NCBI GenBank assembly: GCA_963801825.1
Contig: CAWDGI010000002.1
Span: forward strand, 85,155 to 149,154
Origin: Parachlamydiales bacterium
Lineage (GTDB): Bacteria; Chlamydiota; Chlamydiia; Chlamydiales; Parachlamydiaceae
DNA: 64,000 nt
Direction of reading: 5' to 3'
Under the pieces are notes generated by a model. That model did not search any database. It saw only the letters and a list, made by a program, of their open reading frames with translations, and was not told where the DNA came from. The translations under genes were made by a program, and so were the position numbers. Positions 38,992 through 48,406 of the stretch are shown in pieces (within the stretch, counting starts at the first letter, position 1; the number at the start of each line of letters is the position of its first letter).

Positions 38992-40010
38992 AATTAGAGA
39001 GCCAGCAAATCAAAAAAATAAATGATCGACAAGGAAGCGGCCACGCTTGTTTATTTAATTTGATCGTCTATACGGAACAGCCCCGTCAAACCGAATATTT
39101 TAAGGAAGTGGTCCAGCTCATCACTCAGCTTTTTTCTTGTCGTGTCGTATTCATTCAAGGCCATCCCCAGTCCAAAGAAGAGGCATTAAGCCTCAAGATC
39201 GTTCAAGAGGATCAAATCTTCATCGAAGCATCGGGAAAAGAGATCAATCGCGTCTATTTTCTCCTTCTGACTCTCTTTGTCCCCGATCTCCCCATTTACT
39301 TATTATGGGGCCAAGACTCCACCGCCGGATCGATCCTTCCCCATCTTCGCCCTTTTGCCACTCGCCTCATTTTTGATTCCGAATCGACGCAAAACATGGG
39401 ACGTTTTTGCGAAGACATTCTCACCATCATTCATTCCACTTCCCTCGATGTCATCGATTTAAATTGGGTGCGAACCAGGGGATGGCGAAATATTTTAGCA
39501 CATGTGTTTGATAGTCCGGAAAGATTTAAACAGCTACAGACCGCCCATAACATTAAAATCTTTTACCAAGATGCCCCAAACAATGCGAGCTTCCACCCCG
39601 CATCACGTGCCCTTTACCTACAAGCGTGGTTGGCTTCTTGTTTGAACGGAAATTTAAAGACATACGAAGAAAAAGATCGAGCGCTGACCCTTCAGTATGA
39701 AACGGAAGGGAAAAAGCAAGAGATCCACCTACTCCCCCATCTTGAAGAGCATTTTGCCCCGGAAGAGATCCTTGCCCTGGAAATTTTAGGGGAAAACGAG
39801 TATACTTGCGAGATAAAGAGGACAAGCATGGATCAAGTGAAAGTGAAGGCGTATAATCAATTCCAATGTGAGCTTCCCTTAACTCTCCTAATGCCCACCC
39901 TACGATCAGGAAGGAGCTTTATTCAAGAGGTTTTTTATCAGAAAATGAGTGCACACTATCTGCCCACCATGGAACTGATCCATCTCACTTGCGAAATGCA
40001 AAAAAAATGA
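38976..40010 (+). CDS. putative G6PD assembly protein OpcA-like (between zwf and pgl)
   Basis: 344-aa ORF overlapping the zwf stop and the pgl start. Position is analogous to opcA in zwf-opcA-pgl operons. Sequence identity itself could not be verified. Confidence 0.4.
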   Translation: MASSLELESQQIKKINDRQGSGHACLFNLIVYTEQPRQTEYFKEVVQLITQLFSCRVVFIQGHPQSKEEALSLKIVQEDQIFIEASGKEINRVYFLLLTLFVPDLPIYLLWGQDSTAGSILPHLRPFATRLIFDSESTQNMGRFCEDILTIIHSTSLDVIDLNWVRTRGWRNILAHVFDSPERFKQLQTAHNIKIFYQDAPNNASFHPASRALYLQAWLASCLNGNLKTYEEKDRALTLQYETEGKKQEIHLLPHLEEHFAPEEILALEILGENEYTCEIKRTSMDQVKVKAYNQFQCELPLTLLMPTLRSGRSFIQEVFYQKMSAHYLPTMELIHLTCEMQKK

Positions 40011-40783
40011 AAGCCTCTAATTGGAAAACAGCCATTCAACCGTTTGATCAACGGCGAGATCTCGTGATTCCCGGCGACGAAGCAGAGACCGTCCGATTCT
40101 GCACCACTCAATGGATAGAACTTGCCCAAGAAGCGATTCAAGAGCGAGGTTGCTTTATCGTCGCTCTTTCCGGCGGACAAACTCCCCATGCAATCTTTAA
40201 GAGCTTAAGCCAAGCGGAGCATCAAAAAAGGGTGGATTGGTCTAAAGTCCTTCTCTTTTGGAGTGATGAGCGAGATGTGCCCCTAAATCATCCGGAAAGC
40301 AACTATTTTATGGCGATGGAGGCGGGACTTAAAAGCCTTCCCTTCGATCCCAAAAACATTTTCCCCGTTCCTAGAGAGCAAAATAGGGAAGAAGCGGCCC
40401 GTCTTTATGAAGAGCAAATCCGTGCACACGTTCCCTCCCTTCAGTTTGACCTCATCATGTTAGGAATGGGAGAGGATGGACATACCGCCTCCCTTTTCCC
40501 TTACACCGACGCTCTTCATGCGAATCATCGTCTTTTTGTAGCGAACAACATTCCGCAAAAACAGGTGTGGCGACTCACAATGACATATGCATGCATGGAC
40601 TTAGCACGGACGATCTGCATTTACGTGATGGGAGAGAAGAAAAAAGAGCGCGTGGCAGAGGTTTTATTGGAGGGGGACGATTCGGATCGTTTGCCGGTGC
40701 AAAGGGTGGGAACGCCCACTCATAAAGCCCTGTGGATTCTCGATCGAGCGGCTGCTTCACTTCTCGTCCAGCGGATGGAGTAG
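39989..40783 (+). CDS. pgl: 6-phosphogluconolactonase
   Basis: ALSGGQTP…GMGEDGHTASLFP motifs of the DevB/Pgl family. Confidence 0.85.
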   Translation: MRNAKKMKASNWKTAIQPFDQRRDLVIPGDEAETVRFCTTQWIELAQEAIQERGCFIVALSGGQTPHAIFKSLSQAEHQKRVDWSKVLLFWSDERDVPLNHPESNYFMAMEAGLKSLPFDPKNIFPVPREQNREEAARLYEEQIRAHVPSLQFDLIMLGMGEDGHTASLFPYTDALHANHRLFVANNIPQKQVWRLTMTYACMDLARTICIYVMGEKKKERVAEVLLEGDDSDRLPVQRVGTPTHKALWILDRAAASLLVQRME

Positions 40784-40788
40784 AATTT

Positions 40789-41823
40789 GTGCGAGTCTTA
40801 GGAATTGAAACCACCTGTGATGAGACAGCTTGTGCGGTTGTACAAGAGGGGCGCCTGATTTTATCTAATGTGGTGGCCTCTCAAATCGATCTTCATCAAA
40901 AATATGGGGGGGTGGTTCCGGAGCTTGCTTGCCGGCGCCATATTGACCTGATTCTTCCTGTGATCGATCAAGCGTTGCGGGAGGCAGATCTTCGTTTAGA
41001 AGAAGTGGACCTCCTTGCTGTCGCCCATGGACCGGGCTTGATTGGAGCTTTATTGATTGGGTTAAATACGGCTAAAGCGTTAGCCTTAAGCATGCAAAAG
41101 CCTTTTGTTGGCGTCAACCATGTTGAAGCGCATTTGTATGCTGCCCTCATGTCTACTTCGGATCCGGTTTCTTTTCCTTGCCTGGGAGTCATTTTATCGG
41201 GGGGGCATACGACTCTTCTCTTGATGAAGGAGATCGGCGTTTATCAGCTGATTGGCCAGACTGTCGATGATGCCATTGGGGAGGCCTTTGATAAAGCGGC
41301 GAAGCTCCTGGGTCTTCCTTATCCGGGCGGCCCTCCCGTTGAGAAACTCGCTCAAGGGGGAGATCGCCACGCTTATCCCTTAAAGGCGGGGCAGGTGAAA
41401 GGGCAGCCTTTTGCTTTTTCGTTTAGTGGATTGAAGACTGCGCTGCTTTATACTCTGAGGGGCAAGGGCAAGCAGAGGGGAGAGGGAGAGGCGATGATGC
41501 ATTCTTTCACAGAACAGGAAAGGAAGAACTTAGCTGCTTCTTTTCAGCGGGCCGCTTTTGAAGATGTCGTTCAAAAGACGCTTTCTGCGGCTCATCAATA
41601 TGGGGTTGGCTCCATTCTTTTTGGAGGCGGGGTGACGAATAACCAAGCATTGCGCCGGCTTTTTGTCCAAGAAGATCGAGGGCAGCATCGGTTGGTTTGG
41701 CCCTCTTTTGGACTTAGCCTTGACAATGCAGCCATGATTGCCGGATTGGGGTATCACCGCTATCGGCGCCAAGGAAGAAGCGATCCTTTTGATTTGGATC
41801 CTTTAACGAGAATTCCTTTTTAA
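40789..41823 (+). CDS. tsaD: tRNA N6-adenosine threonylcarbamoyltransferase TsaD (Kae1/Gcp)
   Basis: VLGIETTCDETACAVV…HVEAHL…GGV. Likely GTG start at 40789; the ORF-track start at 40732 adds a non-conserved leader. Confidence 0.85.
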   Translation: MRVLGIETTCDETACAVVQEGRLILSNVVASQIDLHQKYGGVVPELACRRHIDLILPVIDQALREADLRLEEVDLLAVAHGPGLIGALLIGLNTAKALALSMQKPFVGVNHVEAHLYAALMSTSDPVSFPCLGVILSGGHTTLLLMKEIGVYQLIGQTVDDAIGEAFDKAAKLLGLPYPGGPPVEKLAQGGDRHAYPLKAGQVKGQPFAFSFSGLKTALLYTLRGKGKQRGEGEAMMHSFTEQERKNLAASFQRAAFEDVVQKTLSAAHQYGVGSILFGGGVTNNQALRRLFVQEDRGQHRLVWPSFGLSLDNAAMIAGLGYHRYRRQGRSDPFDLDPLTRIPF

Positions 41824-41914
41824 TTAAAATGAATAAATTTATAAAATCTTAATCATTAATAGATAGAATAGCGTCTTACAATCAACAATCATCAAAAATA
41901 AAGAAGGTTTATTT

Positions 41915-42688
41915 ATGGACAATTCTTTTGTATTCTTTGGGACTCCCATTACAGCTTTCCATACTTGCTATCCTCGTACAGCTTTCCATACTTGCTATCC
42001 TCGCATTCCTGCGGGGCAGCCTCTTCCTTTTAAAGACGGAGAACTGATTTCCACGCAATTACCAAAAACTTTGGCAGCTGTTCGTGTGGTCGCTACAGTG
42101 ATTTTTTCCTCTTTAGCAGGGTTGGCTTTGAGCTCCACATTTTTATGCTGGCCTGTTGTGATCGCAGGCTTTGCCTTTGCAGGATGGACCATTTATTCGC
42201 ATCTCGCATCGGAAGATCCTTTAATCAAAGCCTTTCATAAAATCACAGGGGGCAAGGATAAATTTGCGGCATTACCAGAAGTTAACTGGGAGGTCACTCC
42301 TAATACAAAAACGGATGAGATCATTAAGATAATTAACTGGGATACATGGGAGTATAGAATCTCCAGAATGACTCTATCAGATGGAAGACGAGTCATTATT
42401 GTGAAAGGGCAAAGTCGTGGCCCGGTCGGGAAGCCTGCTCGCACCGCAAACACAATCTTTGCTTTCGTCGAAAAAACGAGCTTCAAAGATATCAGCAATG
42501 AGCCAGATTTTATTTTAAAAGCTCTAGGATATTTACACGCAATTTTCCGCCCTTGGCAAAGCAATACATTATATAACACTAGCTCTAGTTATTACGACAG
42601 TACACGTCCCAATACTTATAGGTGGGAGATTTGCTCTTCTATTCCAAGTCATATGGCCAATGAATTCGCTGCGCAGCTAGGCAGCTAA
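41915..42688 (+). CDS. Inc-like membrane protein (about 45-aa bilobed hydrophobic domain) with a 27-bp tandem duplication near the 5' end
   Basis: LAAVRVVATVIFSSLAGLALSSTFLCWPVVIAGFAFAGWTIY. The DNA repeat cagctttccatacttgctatcctcg occurs twice (41951-42004) and encodes TAFHTCYPR twice. Confidence 0.5.
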   Translation: MDNSFVFFGTPITAFHTCYPRTAFHTCYPRIPAGQPLPFKDGELISTQLPKTLAAVRVVATVIFSSLAGLALSSTFLCWPVVIAGFAFAGWTIYSHLASEDPLIKAFHKITGGKDKFAALPEVNWEVTPNTKTDEIIKIINWDTWEYRISRMTLSDGRRVIIVKGQSRGPVGKPARTANTIFAFVEKTSFKDISNEPDFILKALGYLHAIFRPWQSNTLYNTSSSYYDSTRPNTYRWEICSSIPSHMANEFAAQLGS

Positions 42689-42703
42689 AAACAACTCAAG
42701 AAT

Positions 42704-42750
42704 GGCCTAGCAATTGCATGCAAGTGTGCAATTGCTGGGCCATTTTGATC
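42704..42750 (+). terminator. terminator hairpin (AGCAATTGCA/TGCAATTGCT) plus T-rich tail
   Basis: ggcctagcaattgcatgcaagtgtgcaattgctgggcc followed by attttgatc. Confidence 0.5.
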
Positions 42751-42835
42751 TCTTCAATATTTTTCTTGACATCAAATCATTTTATTGGAATTCTGAAACC
42801 AACAAATTTGAGTTTATTTCAAAAGGACAAAAAAA

Positions 42836-43120
42836 ATGCCAGATCGTCTAGATAGAAGAGCGGGGATTCAAACAGGCATCAGCCTGACTCATCCGGTTGT
42901 CTCTGATTATATAAAACCAAAAGCCTCTTATTCGTATTATGGATGGGCCAGTCTCATCATTTTTGCTGTGGGTCATTTGATTGCGAATAAAGATCCCCTA
43001 CAAACATTGCACTTCGTGTTACGGGAGATCGGAAACGTCTTTGTCAGTGAAATTCTCTCTCCTGATCCTGTCTCTGCGATCTATCAAAATATGACTCACA
43101 ATCTATCCACCTTACAATAG
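42836..43120 (+). CDS. small hypothetical membrane protein
   Basis: 94 aa with one transmembrane segment (WASLIIFAVGHLIA). Confidence 0.35.
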   Translation: MPDRLDRRAGIQTGISLTHPVVSDYIKPKASYSYYGWASLIIFAVGHLIANKDPLQTLHFVLREIGNVFVSEILSPDPVSAIYQNMTHNLSTLQ

Positions 43121-43126
43121 AGGAGT

Positions 43127-43594
43127 ATGCACTGTATGCAATGCTGTAAAGAATCATCTGCTTGTAAATTGCCGTATGACAGATTTGTCAATCTTGCTTG
43201 GGACCAAGCTTGGGGGGAAATGGCTTGGGAGGAAATAGGGATCGTCGGTGTTTTAAATAACCGAATTGCACAAGTCGGAGGAGCCGCTTTGGTTGGCGCA
43301 ATCGGCGGAGGAATGCTCGGAGGGATCGGTGCTGCACCAGGAGTTACAGCAGGAGCTGCTGTCGGTGCTGTGGGAGGAGTTGCTGGCATGTTTATCGGGT
43401 ATTCAGCGTATGACCTCTTTCAAGAGAGAGGGTGGGGGGAAATTGCACCAAAACTCACAAATCTAATCGAAAAGGGTTATCAGAATCAGGACGACTACAA
43501 ATTCGTGATTTGCCCCTTAACGCAAACAACCTTGCATTTATCCTATCTCTCTTCTGATAGAGGGGTCAAAACAAGCTGCCCCACAAATGTATGA
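43127..43594 (+). CDS. glycine-zipper membrane protein with Cys-rich N-terminus
   Basis: GGAALVGAIGGGMLGGIGAAPGVTAGAAVGAVGGVAGMFIG. AGGAGT ribosome-binding site upstream. Confidence 0.45.
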   Translation: MHCMQCCKESSACKLPYDRFVNLAWDQAWGEMAWEEIGIVGVLNNRIAQVGGAALVGAIGGGMLGGIGAAPGVTAGAAVGAVGGVAGMFIGYSAYDLFQERGWGEIAPKLTNLIEKGYQNQDDYKFVICPLTQTTLHLSYLSSDRGVKTSCPTNV

Positions 43595-43905
43595 ACTCGA
43601 GAGCCTTAGCGAACAAAGAAAGCCAAAAGAAAATATCCGGCTTAGTTGCGATTCTACGGCGAGCATCCCAAGTGCCAAGATATAAAATACAAGTCAACCA
43701 TGGCGGGTATGTTTCCTTGCATTTCCTGTGCTCACGTATTATTAATAATCCAAAAGACAAAATAGAGTATTTCACGAAAGAAGGAATAAAAAAGGAAGAA
43801 ATAGTTGAGTTCTCGAAAGAAGAAATACAAAGATTAAAAATATTTAGAGAGCATTATTTCGAATTTTGCAGTGGAACAAATAGGATTTACGATGGAAAAA
43901 ATTGA
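43591..43905 (+). CDS. hypothetical small protein (weak)
   Basis: 104-aa ORF with no clear ribosome-binding site. Possibly part of an operon with flanking hypothetical genes. Confidence 0.25.
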   Translation: MNSRALANKESQKKISGLVAILRRASQVPRYKIQVNHGGYVSLHFLCSRIINNPKDKIEYFTKEGIKKEEIVEFSKEEIQRLKIFREHYFEFCSGTNRIYDGKN

Positions 43906-44069
43906 TAAGAAACATGAACGAGGTATCTTTACAAAAGAAGATAAAATGCTGAAAATTGACCTTTTTAATTTAAGGGAACAACTCTATGAACAACATTTCA
44001 AAAAACCAGAACCAAAAGAAACAGAAAATAGACTTGAAGAAGTAAAAACCACTTGAAAAGGAGGTAAAG

Positions 44070-44531
44070 ATGCGTACTTTAGATTCAACACCTGGCATGA
44101 CTGCCGATCCTAATGCCATGGTCTTTGATGCAGACTCTATAAAAGATTTTCTAAAAGAACAGGTGGATGCTAAGATTGACAAAGCAATTCCACTCGCGAA
44201 AGAAGTGCTTCAACAGGGCAGCCAACAAGCTGTCTATGCAGCAGGCGAGACGACAAAACTGTCTGTGATAGGATCTATTGGAGCTTACTCTCCAGCTGTA
44301 GCCGCCTCTACGGCACCTATCCTTAACACAACCGTCAATGCGAGTGTTCAAGAAATCAATCATCAAATGCGCCCCTTGATCGGTCAGTCTGTAGACACGG
44401 CTGCACCAAAGATCAAAGAAGCAGCTCATCAAGCGATTGATAATAGTGTCGATCTCTCTGTTGCTGCTTCTACATCTGCAAAGAGCTCCTTAAATCCTTT
44501 CGGTTCCTCGGATGAGGAGGCTTCTGGTTAA
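44070..44531 (+). CDS. hypothetical protein, A/S/V-rich, acidic C-terminus
   Basis: Excellent AAGGAGG ribosome-binding site 8 nt upstream. 153 aa. Confidence 0.5.
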   Translation: MRTLDSTPGMTADPNAMVFDADSIKDFLKEQVDAKIDKAIPLAKEVLQQGSQQAVYAAGETTKLSVIGSIGAYSPAVAASTAPILNTTVNASVQEINHQMRPLIGQSVDTAAPKIKEAAHQAIDNSVDLSVAASTSAKSSLNPFGSSDEEASG

Positions 44532-44587
44532 AGAGACGTCGTAAAAATTAACAGAGACGGTTTTGGCCTTCTCTTTTTGGAGTTAAA

Positions 44588-45979
44588 ATGAATGGATTTA
44601 TTAGTGAGGTTTCTAACAATATCATCCCTATCATCCCTGATGCACATGACAAATGGGTCGTAAATGAAAAAGAAATACGTCTCATCCAAAAAGATACCTC
44701 TCTAAATTGTGAATTGCGGGACTTAGCGTCTTCTCAAGTGCTTGCCTCGATCTGTCTCAAGCGAGGTTCTGAGGGCGATCTAAAGAAAGCATTCGATGTT
44801 TTCAGGCAAACAACGCCCGTATTGGGGGCCAAGGGCTTTTTTTTTACTTCTCCAAAACACAATTGGAACTTAGGAGATAAAAAGCTCACTCTCCTGCAAA
44901 CACCCAAATGTAAACTCATTTGGCAATTATTTGATCAGCAGACTAAAATCACAAACTGGTCTCCCTTCAGTGAATCGCTCCTCCCTTCCGTCTGGTGCAA
45001 ACTTTCCAGCTTAAATAGATTAAAAGATTTGTATAGCAACGAAGCACAAAAAGCAAAAACATCAGAGCCATTTGCGCAATCTATTGATTTCCTCAAAAAG
45101 TGCTTGAAAATCGTGGACATCGAGGGGATCGCACACATGTCTTTAAAGAATATGCTCCCTTTTGATGTCTCACAAACACAGCCTAACTTTTCTATTCGGC
45201 TTGAACCCATTTGCGCAAAAAGTAAGATCAATCCTAATATTCTCGTGAGCGCGTTCAGCTGGACAGTGACAATCATCACTCATAAGGGTACTTCAAACAA
45301 TCATTCTCTTATCCTTATCGAAGGCTTAAACGATGGTTATTATAATGAAGAGTCTGTTCGCCTTTGTAAACGACATTATAAGCAACTTCCCTCAGTTTTC
45401 CATGATCTAGTAAAGGGCGACGACCAATATTGCAACAAGGAATATTGCTTCAACGAATCAAAAGATCTGCCTAGAAAGATTGACTTAGGGGAGTATTTTA
45501 TCCATGTTGCACATAATTATGTTCCAGAGCTTCACACAGGTTTATTCACTGGTGATGCCCCAAACTGGCATTCAAGATCAAAAGTATGGAAGAAAGAGAG
45601 TCACGCGATCAAAAAATTATTAGATCACATTCAAATCGAAAGAGATGAAAAAAGCAGTCCGTCCTTTGAGTACCATCCCCATTCGTCAATTGAACTACTC
45701 AAAATCAAAAGGAAGAATCAACAAGCAAAGGACGACCAGGAAGAAGCAAATTGCTTTCACTGGATAAGACCAGTCTTTAAGACGTACCTAGATATTGACA
45801 TACCACTCAGTAAGCTTGAGTTTATTGTATCACTGCCTAGGTCATATATGACATCTAAAACACTCCCCCCTTTTTTCAGTTGGGACGGAATTTCAGAACG
45901 AGTGCTATATGTCGTACCAAAGATCTTGATATTATTTAACGAAAGCTTGGGAGAAGATGAGACCAAGCTAGAGATCTGA
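44588..45979 (+). CDS. large hypothetical protein (463 aa), no recognised domain
   Basis: GGAG ribosome-binding site. Cys- and His-containing central region. Candidate secreted effector. Confidence 0.5.
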   Translation: MNGFISEVSNNIIPIIPDAHDKWVVNEKEIRLIQKDTSLNCELRDLASSQVLASICLKRGSEGDLKKAFDVFRQTTPVLGAKGFFFTSPKHNWNLGDKKLTLLQTPKCKLIWQLFDQQTKITNWSPFSESLLPSVWCKLSSLNRLKDLYSNEAQKAKTSEPFAQSIDFLKKCLKIVDIEGIAHMSLKNMLPFDVSQTQPNFSIRLEPICAKSKINPNILVSAFSWTVTIITHKGTSNNHSLILIEGLNDGYYNEESVRLCKRHYKQLPSVFHDLVKGDDQYCNKEYCFNESKDLPRKIDLGEYFIHVAHNYVPELHTGLFTGDAPNWHSRSKVWKKESHAIKKLLDHIQIERDEKSSPSFEYHPHSSIELLKIKRKNQQAKDDQEEANCFHWIRPVFKTYLDIDIPLSKLEFIVSLPRSYMTSKTLPPFFSWDGISERVLYVVPKILILFNESLGEDETKLEI

Positions 45980-46061
45980 CAAGAGATTTCAATTGAATGG
46001 AAATCCTCCCCTCTATTAAAATATTCCTCTTAGTAACCTTCTAACTAATGGAGTCTATTCA

Positions 46062-46217
46062 ATGGCCAGCAAGCGTGAAAAAATTAAAATGAGAAGTGCA
46101 GAGAGCTCTTTTCACTACTATACGACAAAAAATAAGACCACTACACCCGGGCGTTTGACTTTAAAGAAATACGACCCGACCTTACGAAAACGGGTCGAAT
46201 TTAAAGAGACAAAATAA
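46062..46217 (+). CDS. rpmG: 50S ribosomal protein L33 (absent from the ORF track because it is under 60 aa)
   Basis: [51 protein letters not shown] matches the L33 pattern (…FYTT.KNK…L.L.KYDP..R.HV.FKE.K). GGAG ribosome-binding site 10 nt upstream. Confidence 0.85.
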   Translation: MASKREKIKMRSAESSFHYYTTKNKTTTPGRLTLKKYDPTLRKRVEFKETK

Positions 46218-46256
46218 TCTCGCTCTTACGCCTTCTTCCCCCTTTATCTTAATCTT

Positions 46257-48404
46257 ATGTTTGAGCTTTCTGTCGCCTGCAAATATCTCCTCCCTCGCCG
46301 GCGGCAGCTTTCAGTCTCTATCATCAGCCTTATTTCCATTCTCGTCATTTCCCTCGTCGTCTGGCTGATTATTGTCTTCTTTTCCGTCACCGATGGGCTG
46401 GAAAAAAGCTGGATCAAAAAACTGACCGCCCTGACAGCCCCTGTTCGCCTCACCCCCACCGAAGCCTATTACAACTCTTATTATTATCAAATTGATGGGA
46501 TCAGCAGTGCCTCCGATTATTCGACGAAAACCATCGGAGAAAAGCAAGAAGCGCTTCTTGTTGACCCTTACGACCCGGAAAGCGACCAAGAGATCCCCCC
46601 TTATTGGCCTCTCCCCGATCGCTCTTCAGAAGGCTCTTTGAAAGATTTGGTTAAACTCGCTTACACCTCTTTAGAACAAATCAGCGATGTTCGGGGCTTA
46701 CGAGGACAAGAATTCGAACTGACAGCGACCCATATTCGCTTAAACCTCTTACGCTTTTTACGCCCCCCTTCCTTCTCTAAAACTCCCTCACCCTCTCGCT
46801 CTTCCTTATCTTATCCCGCTTACTTAGGAAATTTTGATGGAGAAAACCCCCACATCAAAGAGACGCTCCTTCCCATCGACGGGACCGATTGGACGAATCT
46901 TCTTTACTTAATGGGAGTGGCTCCGGCTGAGACGGAAGAAGAGGAAAGCTCCCCTCCCCTCTTTGATGCAGCCACCTTTCAAAGGCGTCTCGCCCATTTT
47001 TTCTCCCATGTTTCAGTGCAGCAATTAAAAGCCCCTCTTTCCGGGTGGCTGATTCCACGCCGATTATTACCGGAAGGACAATGGAAAGGGATCGCCCTTC
47101 TAAGAAGGGGGAAAATCGTCCGGCTCGTGGTTCCTCAAAAAGAAGAAGAGCTCCTCTCTCTTCAAAATCACCTAGAAGAACAAGGATTGACAGGCGTTCC
47201 GGGCCTCGCTCTTTTAAAAGAGAATGCTCTCTTTTTTCAGCCTTTCGCAGCAAATGAACCACAGCCGCTTCCCCCTTCCTTTTCTCTCACCCTGGCTGGA
47301 GGCGCTCCATTTTCTGCCCGGTTGAATGAAGGAAGCCTCAAAGAGGCAAAGCACTTGGGACAGCTCCTGTTCTCCATCGCACTCCCCCTTCAGGGAACTC
47401 TCCTGAAAGGAGAGGTCCCTGTTCGAGGCTTGGAGATCGCGCGAGCGATCCCTCAAGCGGAATACTCCTCTTCTTGGTGGCTTTCCCCCTCTTCCCGGCC
47501 GGGTGAACCGGAGGGAAGCGTGCCCTTTATTTTACCTCAAGACCCTGATATTGGAGAGGGACTCTTGCTTCCCAAAAGCTTTCGCGATGTCGGCGTCCTT
47601 GTGGGAGATCGAGGCTTTTTAAGCTATCTTGCTCCCACGGCGAGTCTCTTACAAGAGCAGCTGATTCCCGTCTATGTGGCGGGTTTTTACGATCCGGGAA
47701 TTATTCCGATTGGAGGGAAGTTTCTTTTAGCAAACAAAGAAGTGACTTCCCTGATTCGCGCCTCCCACCAACAAGAGGATAAGGCCCATGTGACAAATGG
47801 AATTAATGTGCACTTTGACCGTCTGGATCAGACCGATGCAGTCAAGGCCCGTCTACTCGCAAGCCTCAAAGAAAAAGGGATTCATCGCTATTGGAATATT
47901 GAGACCTATCGCGAATATGAATTTACCAAGGAAATTATTCAAGAGCTGCAGAGCCAGAAAAATCTTTTTATGCTCATTGCCGTGGTCATTATCATCGTCG
48001 CTTGCTCCAATATTATTTCGATGTTAATTATTTTGGTGAATGATAAGAAAATAGAGATTGGAATTTTACGCTCGATGGGGGCCTCTTCTCAGAGTATTGC
48101 TTTAATCTTTGGTATTTCAGGGGCGATCATTGGCGTTTTAGGAAGCCTCGTGGGGACTTTAGTTGCCATTTTGACACTCCGTTATCTAGATCCTCTCATT
48201 GGCTTGCTTAGCCGCCTGCAAGGGCATGAGATGTTCAGTGCGCACGTTTATGGGCCGATTCTTCCGCATGAGTTAAGCCTGGAAGCCCTCTCTTTTGTTT
48301 TAGGAGCAACCGTTTGCCTTTCTTTAATTGCAGGGATTGTTCCGGCCATTAAGGCGTGCTTATTGCGCCCTTCTCATATTCTACGGGCGAATGGAGGAGG
48401 ATAG
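46257..48404 (+). CDS. FtsX-family ABC transporter permease (LolC/E-like) with large periplasmic domain
   Basis: N-terminal transmembrane segment after KYLLPRRRQ. C-terminal four-transmembrane FtsX domain (ILRSMGASSQSIALIFGISGAIIGVLGSLVG). 715 aa. Confidence 0.7.
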   Translation: MFELSVACKYLLPRRRQLSVSIISLISILVISLVVWLIIVFFSVTDGLEKSWIKKLTALTAPVRLTPTEAYYNSYYYQIDGISSASDYSTKTIGEKQEALLVDPYDPESDQEIPPYWPLPDRSSEGSLKDLVKLAYTSLEQISDVRGLRGQEFELTATHIRLNLLRFLRPPSFSKTPSPSRSSLSYPAYLGNFDGENPHIKETLLPIDGTDWTNLLYLMGVAPAETEEEESSPPLFDAATFQRRLAHFFSHVSVQQLKAPLSGWLIPRRLLPEGQWKGIALLRRGKIVRLVVPQKEEELLSLQNHLEEQGLTGVPGLALLKENALFFQPFAANEPQPLPPSFSLTLAGGAPFSARLNEGSLKEAKHLGQLLFSIALPLQGTLLKGEVPVRGLEIARAIPQAEYSSSWWLSPSSRPGEPEGSVPFILPQDPDIGEGLLLPKSFRDVGVLVGDRGFLSYLAPTASLLQEQLIPVYVAGFYDPGIIPIGGKFLLANKEVTSLIRASHQQEDKAHVTNGINVHFDRLDQTDAVKARLLASLKEKGIHRYWNIETYREYEFTKEIIQELQSQKNLFMLIAVVIIIVACSNIISMLIILVNDKKIEIGILRSMGASSQSIALIFGISGAIIGVLGSLVGTLVAILTLRYLDPLIGLLSRLQGHEMFSAHVYGPILPHELSLEALSFVLGATVCLSLIAGIVPAIKACLLRPSHILRANGGG

Positions 48405-48406
48405 AA

